Below are positions 1 through 12,500 of a stretch of 64,000 nucleotides of DNA, piece after piece; the first letter of the stretch is position 1; each line of letters starts with the position of its first letter. Location of the stretch: assembly GCA_964304625.1 (NCBI GenBank), contig OZ199838.1, forward strand, positions 11,681,608 to 11,745,607, written 5' to 3'. The position numbers and the translations under genes were made by a program. Source of the stretch: Kudoa neothunni (lineage: Eukaryota > Animalia > Cnidaria). Under the pieces are notes generated by a model. That model searched no databases, was not told the origin of the DNA, and saw only the letters and a list, made by a program, of their open reading frames with translations.

Positions 1-570
1 AACGAGGAAGACACCACTAGTTCGAATAGAATATTTTTGAAAATGCTGTTCCAGGAGTTGAATGAATTTATGGGCATCGACAAACTCAAACAACGTTTGC
101 TTAGTGAGGAGACACTTGTGCCATATTTTCAAGGAATGTTTCCCAAGGACAACCCCAAAAACACCAGGTTTGCTATCAACTTTTTTACTGCTATAGGCTT
201 AGGGCCGCTCACCGAAGAGTTGAGACAATTCCTGAAACAGACTCCAAAAAATAACGGACCCAACCTTACCACTACCTTAAGTGGACCAACTCCTTTGCAT
301 CCTCTGTTAGTGGAAGCTGCAAAAGCCGCTCAAGCCTCAAGATTTGTTGATAAACAATCCTCTGATGATGATAGTTCTCCTTCGAATGGCGAGCGCCATC
401 GCAAACGTGATTCTAGATCTTCTACTCGCCAAGAACCGAGCCAAAGATCGAGGCGCTCTCCGTCGGGTGGCAGCAGAAGAGAACAACGTCGTCGTCGACA
501 GCGATCATACTCTTCCTCACCTGAAAACCACGAGAGAAGGTCGAAAAATGGTCGTAAATACGATAGATAG
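1..570 (+). CDS. CWC22: Pre-mRNA splicing factor CWC22, 3' part (end of MA3/MI domain plus RS-rich tail); 5' end outside the window
   Basis: Frame 1 is open from base 1: [20 protein letters not shown]...[29 protein letters not shown], the conserved CWC22 signature (TTSSSRIF; [18 protein letters not shown]), then an Arg/Ser-rich tail and TAG at 568-570. Confidence 0.93.
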   Translation, partial: NEEDTTSSNRIFLKMLFQELNEFMGIDKLKQRLLSEETLVPYFQGMFPKDNPKNTRFAINFFTAIGLGPLTEELRQFLKQTPKNNGPNLTTTLSGPTPLHPLLVEAAKAAQASRFVDKQSSDDDSSPSNGERHRKRDSRSSTRQEPSQRSRRSPSGGSRREQRRRRQRSYSSSPENHERRSKNGRKYDR

Positions 571-2546
571 ATTTAAATTTGTAATATTGAAATGCCTTAA
601 AACTGTATGTAGCTTTTGTTGGAATGTTTACTTTTGTGGTTCGCGTGCTAGATGTTGCATTAACTTTTACAGAAAACTTTTTTTTATGGGTTCAAAATTA
701 GTTTCATTATTCCGGATTCTTTTCTCGGGCGTCTACAGTCCTGCTAATGATGCCTCACTTAGTCAAAGTGGAGGTGAACGTATCGCATTAAAAGCAGCAG
801 CTCCCCACTAAGAGTACACTAGATTTTGAGAACGATTAAAATAGATTAAATATTTAGTATTTCCTGCGTTTCATCTGTAATTCTATTATTGAGTGTAGCT
901 GTCTTAATTTCTTAAATTCATGTCATTTTAAGTGAACTGAAGGAAATTCACACAATAGATTGAGGTCAATACTTGTATATAACCTAACATATTTTTATTT
1001 TAGGCTGATAGTTTGACTTTATTTTCATCAAAATTGATCCTCCATATTAACTTATTAACCCTCTAATGTACTAAAAATCGACTGCATTCTGATAAATTTG
1101 GAGGTAAAAAATTACTCCTGGTTTTTATTTTTCCATTTGAAATATAAGTAATATTTGATTTCAAGAAATAAAAATAAACAAAATTCTAAAGCTAGATTCA
1201 GCCGTAAAACGACTAACGCCCCAAGAAGTAATCTCATAATCCTACGAAAACTGTATTCGTTAAAATCCACCTTGGCAGTTTTCGATTAAAGCTTTATGTT
1301 TGAGTAGATTTCTTGTTTATATCATGTAATAAATATTAAAGTTAATATTTGAGAAAAAATGGACTATATAATAATATTATTCGCAAACACCCACATAATG
1401 AATTTTGCAACAATGTTTCATACATCTGAAGTAAACAATAGTGGGTTTCTTATCAATTTTCCGTACAAAAAAATTTAGCCCTTGAAAGTATTGTTTACGA
1501 ATTTTGTTTTTTGGGCTGTAGAAGAATAAACAAGGTGAACTCTTAGGATTTTGGGCATTACGGATGTTTACTTTCATTACTGAAAAGATATAGTGACTTT
1601 GGCATAATCTTCAAAAATTTTCTCCTAACCATATTATCACCCAAGTTTTTGTTGTGTATGGAAAACGCATTTGTAATGAATAAATCCATTAAATAGAAAA
1701 ACACCACCATAGACCGCCTTTATTGATTAGAGATTTGTAGGAATTCTCAATTTTCAATCTCGTCTGATTCAGTCGAAATATCAGGTGTATAGCATTAATA
1801 ATAACTTTGAAAAGATTTTGAATCATCGTTATAACTACTATTGGCTAAATCTATTCCTATTACCGCAAAGATGAAAGTAAAATAGAAAGTCATGTTCGGT
1901 TTTTGTATAGGTATTAACCGTATAGCTTCGAATTTATTCATAAACATAAAATTCGATATATGTAATAAGTAATAATTTTTCCACCAATTAGAGAAAAAAA
2001 TTCGTTGGAATGTAAAATTATTATTTTTCTGATTTTATATTTTTAGCCATTACATTTTAATATTGTATATTTCTAATTGTTTTGGAAGATTAGGAAAGAA
2101 CTCACATCCAATAAAGAGAAAAAATCAGATAAACAACCTACAACTTATTGGGGTAAAAGTTTACCTTAAATTAACTATAGAGTTAAACACGGACTTTAGT
2201 ATTTGATTGTCATTTTGTCTTCATTTTTAAATAAATGATAATCATAATCAACAATTTATACGTTTCAACTCGTATTTCTTTAAATAAAATTATTATTTTG
2301 TTTATTTAAACGATAAATCTTTGTTGATTATTTTATATGAGCTAAATAATACATAGGAAATTTTCTGTTACAAGTATAAGACCTATCCCGATAATAAGAC
2401 TTAATTCTCCTTACTGAATCAAAAAAATATGACGTTCCATATATTGAGGGAAACATGGTACAGTGGGTGACGGCTAATTCATAATCCCTTTGAACCAGAG
2501 AATAAGTGCGAATTAAACATCCATCATTGCTGGCTAATTCGCACTT

Positions 2547-4277
2547 TTATTTAGCGAACGCGTAAAAGATTTGGGTCGATTTTATAAGAAATATATTATC
2601 ATGCTTTTTTAAAATAAAATTTGTTATTTTCGTTTGCTTAAATCCTTTTTTTGAGATTAGAAACATTTCCTCTTCTAGTTTGTGAAGATAATCCAACATA
2701 TTTGATCCATTCTTAATGAAGTATCCCTTGAAATATTCAAAGCATTTCAGCGCTTCTTTCGTGGTATATGACACTTATTTGTATGCTTCAGGTTCACAAT
2801 CAGATAATTCTTCTACATCCATGGTTGTCCTCAAATTCACAGACTTGAACGAGTTCTTCTTCATCTTGGCGTTGTATTATCTCTGGATCGTTGATATCAT
2901 CCAAAACTTCATGTTTTACAGGCTCGTCCACGTATGATTATTAAGTTTGTATAAAATAGTAATAAGGATCTTCGTTACTATCGAATCTCAATCCAGCTTT
3001 CTTGAAACAATTGAATATTGTTTGGGTCGCTACGCCCTCCCACGATTTTTTTACAAGTACCAACGCCTCTAGTGAATCAGTTGGCTTAAGTTCAACATCA
3101 TTCTCAACTAAAAATGTAGATCTATTTATTAGATATCTTCTATAAACAGCTTTAAATGAATTAGTAATCCCTTGATCCATAGGTTGTGGAACACTAGCTG
3201 TGTTTTTAGGGGAAAATAATAATTCAATATTTGATAATTGTAATGGTGAATGGCAACTCGCATTATCAAGAAATAGCGCAATTTTTTTGTTCTGCTCTTT
3301 GAAATTAGCGTTCAATTTAACTAAATATTTCTTAAATATCTCCGAGATCATCCATGCTTTCTTATTGGAGAAGTAAGGGACTGGAGTATCTTTCAAATTT
3401 TTAAAACACCTTGGTTTTTCATGATGACCAATCACTACTGGTTCCAATTTTTCGCCTAATAATGATGCTTCCAATAAAAGCGTAACTTTTTTTTGATCGC
3501 TTTGAGCATTTTGCATTTACTTCAGATGATAGAACATAATTTCTTTCTAAATCAGGTTACCATAAATACGTTCGAGTGAATATAATGTATTGTAAAATAG
3601 TTCTTAAAAAATTGCGATCGGTATTTGTTGATGATTGACATAAATTAAATGTTGATATAATTATTTTTTAACGACATGTAACAAATTAATGATGCTTTTT
3701 GTCGTTTTTGTATAGCTTATATATCTTACTGAGATGTTGCTGATAGAATAGAGCTGTTTCATCAAGGTTGTACACTTGTTCTGTTTTATAATTTTTCAAT
3801 ATATTTTTTAATTGAAGTTTCCAATCATCGACAGTTTCCATGTTTACCATGTTTGCCTCACCATGAAAATTTAGTCGTCGTAAATTAAATCTTTCTTTGA
3901 ATCCACGAAACCAACCATAGCTCATATCTTCCGCTTCTTTATTAATGTTTTTTTGCAAATTGATTTCGTTTCGAAATAATTTCCAACGACGAAATTTCCA
4001 ATTTTTCAGACCTCATCCATATTAACCACTCAAAAACTTGTTGATCAATTTCATCATTTGAACCCCTTTTCAAAGTTTTTCTTGACTACTCCGGTCTCAA
4101 CAGAGCTTTTTATTTCCTCTTTTTTCAATAATATTCCATTCAAAGTTGAAATAGAGGATAAGCCAAAGTGTTTCACTGTGTAACTTTTAGCATTTTTTGG
4201 AGGCTGAATTTCGAAGTATTTAATAATATTATACTTTTCTGTAAGTGTCTCTCTTTATGTTTTCTTTGTTCACCCAT
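2547..4277 (-). pseudogene. Fragmented CENP-B/DDE_1 (Tigger-like) transposase
   Basis: ORF pieces 3686-3958 (SYGWFRGFKERF...FHGE...YNLDETALFY), 2941-3516 (LFLDNASCH...PMDQGITNSFK...NCFKKAG) and 2547-2774 (KQTKITNF, PIP-box-like end). Frameshifts, stops and an internal insertion of about 170 nt. Confidence 0.88.
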
Positions 4278-4436
4278 ATTTCTGTATTAAATGATACCGG
4301 CGCGCGCTTTGCATCCCTACTCCACGGAAATTAGTGTGAGTTATCCATCAATGGGTTTAACTCATAAATTTTTCTTATATTTAATAGGATAAAACATTTT
4401 AAAGTTGTATATCGTCATAATTAATTATTCTAATCA

Positions 4437-4456
4437 TATATATATATATATATATA
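4437..4456. repeat. (TA)n microsatellite; similar tracts at about 21567-21588 and 49192-49221
   Basis: Dinucleotide runs visible directly. Confidence 0.85.
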
Positions 4457-4631
4457 ATGATAAAAACCTCCAGGTTGATTTATTTTGGCGACAATGAAAA
4501 TGTGCCAATTATCCGTCACCCACTGTATATCATTTGCGCGAAAAAAAATATTTCATAATTTCTAAGAAAACTAATTATTTTCTAAAAAATTATTTCTATA
4601 TTATTGTTATAATTAATTATGGTTTTATATT

Positions 4632-6107
4632 TTATTTGCAATCAGCAGTTTCATCTGCATCTCCAACAGTTCCGTCTTCCTTATAGACCTCACCGCATAT
4701 TGCATGGCATTGCGCCTTTGTTTTAAAATTGTTCGAGTTTCCATCGTACCCTTTGTAGCAAAATGATTTACATTTCTTATCATTAAAACTATAATAGAAT
4801 CTTTTGTCTTTGAAAATCTCTTTAGTCCAGCCACCCGCTTTGTCTGATTTGCATGTTTCTTCGATTTTTATTTCTTTCTTGTAGCCTCCTAAATTTATTC
4901 CAAGTAATTTAATTTTTATCAACAAAAATTATGATTCATTCTTTTAAAAAATTGTAATATTTCAAAGAATGTAAAAAAATTCGTACCTGCACCACAATAA
5001 CTATGGCACATTTCCATGGTGGGGAAATTATTCTTAGATTTTTCGAAATCGGGTTCGGCGTTTGGAGCTGGACCAGTTTCCATTCGTTTACACACGTCAG
5101 TTTTATTGTCATAATAATATCTGAATATAATGTTATTAGGAGCTTCATCTCCAGATTTAGGATATTGAAAAGGTGGACTGTCACAAGCAGCAACTTTTCT
5201 ATTTTCCGCAGTTACATCATCTTTAATTTCAGCATCGCTTGGATTTGCTAAAAAAATTAAAAGTATAGAATTTAATAACTAGCATACGATAGCATTTTTT
5301 GACACATTCAGAGAACGATCTAAATATTCCTCTTGTATTCGAATCTATCGAAACAGCAGCGAAAGCACATTTGTTGTTTTTGGTATCAGCAATAATGGCA
5401 GTGTTTGGATCCTTACCTTTAACATCGGGTTTTAGTGTACAGTCCAAAGAATTCGGTACTAAATATTTCTCTTTATCATGAACTGCATTTATTTTTGAAT
5501 CATCAGCATTTGTGAGCCCTCCATTCTTTTTGTCTAGTATAAAAATAAATAAGTTTTCGAATTGTAAATTGTGATGTTTACTTAAACAGTATAGATAACA
5601 TTCACTCTCATTTTTATATCTATTAAAACTTCCGCCACACCCATTATATTGGAATGTTTCGCATTTTGCACTTGTTGGATTAAAATAGTATTCTTGTGAT
5701 GTCACAGAATTTTTAACGCAATGTCCTGGATGCATTGGTTTTTTACATCCTTGGAGTTTTTCTCTTTCTGTCAACGTGCCTTGAGAGAATCTTAATAAGA
5801 CAATGTTTAATGTAAGACATACCATGCATTTCGCAAAGTCCTTTGGATGCAAAATTGTTATAATTCCCCTTGATACCTCGATATTCTAGAGGTTTGCATT
5901 TAGCGTCATTGATGTCAATAAACCAGCGGTCGATGACGTTGTTCATGCTTTTTACAACACCTATCGGCCAGTCTCCCTCATCTCTTTCGTAGGATGGTAA
6001 AATTGGATCTATTAAGAACGTAGATTGATTTCTTAAATGTGATAATTACCTGCTAGGCAATAAGACAAGGATATAATGTATATAATTTTATAAAGTAGGG
6101 ATCTCAT
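4632..6107 (-). CDS. Secreted multi-Kunitz/BPTI-domain protein (5 domains, about 6 exons)
   Basis: Exon 1 MRSLLYKIIYIISLSYCLA is a signal peptide. One canonical domain CKKPMHPGHC...YYFNPTSAKCETFQYNGCGGSFNRYKNESECYLYC plus four degenerate domains with RW/RY/RF-x-D...C...NNF...C motifs. Short GT-AG introns keep the frame; TAA at 4632-4634. Confidence 0.87.
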
Positions 6108-9100
6108 TTTGCTAGATCTAATATTTGAAAAATCGGAATGAATAATAGGAATCATATGATTTATGAATCAACGAAAGTTTTTAATGCATGAATAAGAATA
6201 GGATTAAGTCATTATGTTTTATTTGTCATGTATATTATCAACTTAATACCTTTCATATATGTAAGTAATTATGTAATAAAAAAATTCATATGTATTAAAG
6301 TCGCTAATAAATACGATTTTATATATTTTTTGAATAAAAACGGTAAATTAATCGAATTTTAACTATTTTTAGAAAAAAATACTACTCCTTAATATATAAC
6401 ATACATTAATCTAAGAGCTATAAATAGAAGAAAAATTTAACACTAAATAATTAAAGAAGGACTATTAGATCTTCAAACTATTTTATTAAGTGGTTATTTC
6501 TGGTATCAGATATTTATCTATTAGGATAATCCAAATTATAATCTGTAAAAGAAAATATCCTAATATTGCAAAATTTTTGTTTTAAGATCTTGATTTATCC
6601 AAAAATATGTTATAATTATTAAAAAATTTTCTATCTGGTTTTGTTTTAGACAAGATTTCTGTCACAATTTTCACCATTTATTTCACATCTTCTCATTAAT
6701 TTATTAACAAATTTTAACTCAAATATAATTAAATATTTTTAACTCAAAATTGTATTTGTTTGATACAATATCTTGGTAACCTTAGTACGTACATTCCAAA
6801 ATTATTCTTTGTCGCACAACCGAGTCTATCAGACATGGTGGGAACTTGAGGTGTTCATCAAATATAATCTTCAAGTAAAAACTAAAATTTAAGTAAAAGT
6901 ACATCCAAATATTTTTTAAATTAATAAAACAAAAATATTAGACAGCAGTCGAAAATAACTGGATGATATTTAACATACGTTCTCACATTTGCACAACTCG
7001 TTTTCCACTTTGTATTCTCAAAGAATACCCTAGGTTTTTCCACTTGTTACTCCACTTCAATCCTATCTTCATGAATAAAAACTAGTAAGCATGGCATTCT
7101 CTTCATTTTATGTTTAAAATTCCTTGAGCGGATTTAGTGTATATTGCTAACTTCTAACGTTTTGAATTTTTTGTTTGAATTAAAGATATTTTTCCAGATG
7201 GTCATTAACTAATTGTCTCCAATAAAAATTATACTTTGTAATGTTGTAAGCTAATGTCCAAAAGTTCATATTTTTACATTTTGTGGTCAAATACCTCGAT
7301 TATAGGCGTTTACTCTTGCCTCTATGGGGTCATAATAAAGTGCTATCTCAAGGTTCCCATATTCCTCGTCTTTATTCTGTGTAAGTTGTAAGAAGTATAA
7401 CGAATTTTTTTACTTATCTGAAAAAAACAAAAAGTATTATTATTCATGGAAAAATAATCCATTTATCGTAAATTTTATAGATAATGAACCAACAAATTCA
7501 AAGATATTCTTGCAGGATCAACTAACTTTGTATTCAGTTCATGAAATAATTTGATGGATCTCACAATGTGAGAAAATTTAATGTAAATATTCTATTATTT
7601 AATTAATTGTTCATATGCTCTTGTTCTACTTGTCTAATATCTTATTTTTGAAATAATGGAAGATTGACAAGTTTTAATCGCATAATTAAAAATTTGATGT
7701 TTACATCGCTTTTTGATTTTCGTTAATTTTTCAACTTACCAGATGGTGACTAATTTTTTTTATCTTTAATACACCGTACGTGTTCACCCAAATGAATGTT
7801 TAATGATTATTAATATATCAAGGATAAAATATCAGAGAATATTTGAAGCGAGTGCATATTATAAGGTAATTATTTATGAGGTACTACACTTTTGATAAAT
7901 GTGAGACTTTTTTTAGATTTCTAAAACTAACCAGTTATCTTATCATCAATCTGAATTACGATAGTTCTAACATATCTCCAAATATCACTCCCAATAATAT
8001 TAAACATATTTACTCTTTCAATCAATTTGTTAAAATGATTATTTTTGAAGCAATTTTATTATTTATGAATATTTTGAAAGAGCCCATTAGAACAAAATAT
8101 TGTTTTTTGTTTCCTGAAAAATATTAGTTAAAAAATTCATCTCTAAATGATATTTCGTTATTTTAACATCTTTTTCTAAATAATAGGAAGAGTTTCCAAA
8201 ATTTTTAACCATGAATGTTTTCTTAAATTGTCTCAATTACTTTATCAAGGAAAAACGATGCGACAACTAGCTTTTCCATTCGCATCAGACAGAATAATAG
8301 AATTAAATTTACTAAAGGGTACTTAAGAAATTGTTAGAAATTTATCATAGGGTTTTGCAAGCTATCTCGTCACCTTGTCAAGCGTTTTTGTCAACACTGA
8401 CTTACATAAATGGATACACTATTAACCATCTAATATACTAAAACTCATATGCACTCGGATGAATTCTGGGGTAAAGATTTATCTCGAATTCGTAAGTGTC
8501 TTAAAATAAAAAAATTTTCTTAAATTTTTCGATTACACCTCCACATTTCAATCTCACTATTATTTATTGATAACTAAAATTAATTTGTTATGTTTCAAAT
8601 AATTGTTAGATTTTTATACGATATAAAGTAATGTTCAGAAAAGTTAAATGAGCACATTTGATTATAATATTATAAGGTTAACGTTGTATAAACTGTTTAT
8701 TATCTAATGATCGTAAAATAAGTCACTTTAAAGTAAAATAATAATAATAATAATAAAATTTAAAAAATATGAGCCTCACTAGTTTCATTTTTTTAACAAT
8801 AATTGAATCACAAATAATACCATGAAATATTCAACCATTAATATTTCCATGTAAAAATTATGTAATTAAGCATTTATAATTTTCACATTAACTATTAATA
8901 AATTCATTTAATGATGAATTAACGATAAAACAAATCAGAGGTTGCGACTGCTCGTAAACGCACGCGCAAAAATCACAAAGATTAACAAATATATTTTTGC
9001 ATATTTAACTCATTCATGTCATTTATTTAATGTTTATTTATAAGATTCAAACCTAAGTCAATTTCCGATTATTTCTATAAGATTTTTAAGATGTTTTTGA

Positions 9101-9574
9101 GCAATTTTTCTTGTAGACTAAGAATGAGTTGAAATTTATTATTTTGCTATTTTTCACAAGTATTAGCTTAAGTTAGCATTTAAGAAAATCTTTGTACATT
9201 GGTTATAAGTTTATAATAAAATTTAGAAATTTCAACATAAAAGAAATAAGTAATTTAAGATGAAAACTAACTTCAAATTTAAGAATTATGTTATTAAATA
9301 ATTTTGTTTGTATAAAGATCGAATTAAATAATAAAGAATTTTATTCAATAAATTTTCTCATAGATACGTTTTTATGTGTATTTAACTTAAAAAACATTAA
9401 CTATCCGATTCGCATGCGTCGAAGGGAAAACGAATTTTGTGAAGGAATTCCATTTTATAATTCCTCCTAAAATTATTTTATTATGTATAACTATAATTTA
9501 GCAATCATCTCATATAGTTTTGAGTGATTCCCGTTGATAAAAAAATTTTGTTTTTAACGCGCAGGTGCCAACAC

Positions 9575-12500
9575 ATGGATGCAAACATTGATGTCGAATG
9601 CCTAAAACAACCTGTATTTATTAAAATAACAATCTTTTCTATAGTCAGCGTAATTTTTAGATAAAAGTTACTCATATACACATTTCTGGGCTGTCAAAAA
9701 CTAAAGACGAATATGTTAAACAAAAATTTGACAGTCTCTATAAAGCGAATAACGTCGTCGAAGTAAGTAATAAGTGGTGGTAGTTTCGCTAAACAAATAA
9801 TCAACAAAGGCTTAAGATTCATGTTTTTAGTTGGCCAAAAATTGTGAAGAGTTAAAAGCGGAAATGATTGGGGATGGTATTTTCAAAAATTTAGGATTCT
9901 TTTTTGATCTCAATGGTAATTTTAATAACCAATTCAATTTCAATTGAATTATGCTGTAGAAAAAAGTTATAATAATCAGTCGACTCAATCATCAATTCCT
10001 GTCGATGTATACTTCGATGGAGTCGAAAGAGGTCTTTTGTCTGGTTCAACAAAAACCAGTATGGATATCCAAGGAACGATTAATCTCGTATTATTTGATA
10101 CGATAACTTTTATAATTTTAATTTGTGATTAAGGTTGCTGGATTGCGACTAAATAATATAAATGGTAAAGCTAGTAGTGCTCAATTGAATTATACCAAAA
10201 GTAAATTGGGCAATGGATTCAATTTATCGTACAAGCACCCATTCACCAGTCTTCCTCATAGAAGGTATCGAAAAATTTTAGACTTATTTATACGCGCGCT
10301 TTTTGTCTAAAAATAGTTAATTATGACAATAGCGCATTTTTTAGCGGGTAGGATGAAAAATAGATAAGCTATACAAATAATGCCATACATTGAGCGTAAC
10401 GTTAACTCAAATTATCTGATTTAATGTGTGCATTTGGGATTAAATTCGCCTACAATACCTTATAATATTTAGTATTGATATATTTTTTAGTTTATTCAAT
10501 AATTCCCACCACCGAATAGAGATCATCGAATTAAGTTGGGGTCTAAAAAATTAAAATATATGTCAAATAACATCAAAATAAAATTTTCATAGTTTTCTTA
10601 TTTTTATTTTAGTTTAAACAGGTATAATTAAAAATTGGCTTTTAAAGTAACTAGAAAGTTTCAAGCTTTAAAAAAATGAAACAATTCACTTCCAACTTAG
10701 TGCGTTATTATTACATTTAATTTAAGTTCAATACAATAAAATAAAATTTGTGATTAATGCGCATACTCAAAACATAACGATAACCCAAATTCCTATATCC
10801 ATAAATAGGCATATTGTTTTAAAAACAATTCAGTCTCGTATGATAGTTGGAGATAAAAAATTTAATGCTTCAAGAACATAATTCTGTGAAAATAGATTTT
10901 ACATCGATTTTGTATACAAAAGCTGCTCTTAAAGGACATTTATTTATGATAACCGATTGTAATTCTATTTTGAGTACACTAATTAGGTAAGTTGTTTTTT
11001 GTCGTTTAACTATAAAATATGCTGGATATCAAAAATTCTATTAAGAAAATATAGATTATTTAAAAATTTTTTGTATTTTTCAATACATCAAGAATATCGA
11101 TCTCTTTTTAACCTTCTAAGTAGCTGAAAAATTTACACCCTCCAAATAAAAATGGGGTAGAAATTTACCCCACCTTTTTATTGTGTAAAATTGTCTCAAA
11201 TAAAATTCAACATTGACTGATAAAATATGAGGAAAATTCATCGAATAAATTTTGACTAAATGACCAATTATTAAAGTTATATTCTATACACGCACGCGCG
11301 AGTATTTATATTGTTACATTTCCATGGAGTATGATTGTATTTATGGGTGTATTTCTGCAGGTATTTAGTTTAACGTTTAATTCAAGTTTTACATCAGCTG
11401 CTAATTAATTTATCTTATTTAAACAACAAAGTGTAAAACTGTACAGAAAAACACAAAATTTGTCAGAATGTTGAAAAATTATATTATGTCTTTTTAATAC
11501 TCTCTACAATACGAAACTAAGAATATAGAGTAACAGTTTTCACATATGTTTTTGGATGATCTCTACAACATAAAAATAAAAAAACTGATGAAAAATCATC
11601 GTATTTTGAATAACTGGTGTAAAAATAATGCGTGAATGGGGAGCTATCGTTGTATTCTGGAGAGAACCACATGCTTTTATCTACATTGCACATGCGGACT
11701 GTTATCGCGTGTATAGTTTTTCGTTATTTACTCCATAGAATTCCCCTAAATTCTTAAAAATCACATGTATCAATATTTGAATTAATTTTATTTGGAAGCT
11801 GTTTTTACATTAACTTTTTTGATATACGACAAAAAAATATCAACTCATTTTTCTAAAAGTTTCCGTAGATATAAGATTACAACAAGTGGAGAGGAGTTAT
11901 GTTCAATTTATACACTGTAATATTTTTTGCAAAATTCGCCTGGGGTAGATTTCTATCCCATTTTATTTAGAAGTTTAAACGAAAAATTTGTAGGCTCAGA
12001 TAATTCTAATAAAAAATAATTTATAATGAGACGTGATAACATTTCAGCTATCAATAATATTCAAAATTCGCAACCTACCAACAAAACGACTGATTTTTGT
12101 CTATCATATTAAAAAGATAATCCTTATTCCGAAAAATTTGTAATTTAAAGAAAGTTATTTAATTTTGCGTGCATGCTGAATTTTTAGGCGGTGGTATATT
12201 TAGAGCAGCGTCATATTTTTATTTATGCAAATAAAAGACCTATTTTTGAACTGTTGATTTAATAGGCTAAACCGCTGAACTTGGGACACATTTCAGGTTT
12301 GAATCAGAATATTACATGCAATAAAATAATGTTAATATTTAATCAGGTCTAATATTTTAAGCATATAATCAACACTCTATAAAAAAAATATTTTTTGATA
12401 CGAAAATAAAATATGAAAAATAATAATCGTTGCGAATAATTATCAATTTTATTAATTGAACATCAAAACTCTAGTTTGGAATCGACTGTGGTTAACTCAA

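Larger units (their letters stand above)
2461..4525 (-). mobile_element. pogo/Tigger-family DNA transposon, full length between TIRs, defective
   Basis: TIRs CAGTGGGTGACGGCTAATT (2461-2479) and AATTATCCGTCACCCACTG (4507-4525), 1 mismatch, each flanked by TA; encloses a DDE_1 transposase relic. Confidence 0.92.

Noticed and set aside
344-811. 155-aa ORF overlapping the CWC22 tail
   Set aside because: Alternative frame of the CWC22 low-complexity tail running into the 3' UTR; no recognisable motifs.
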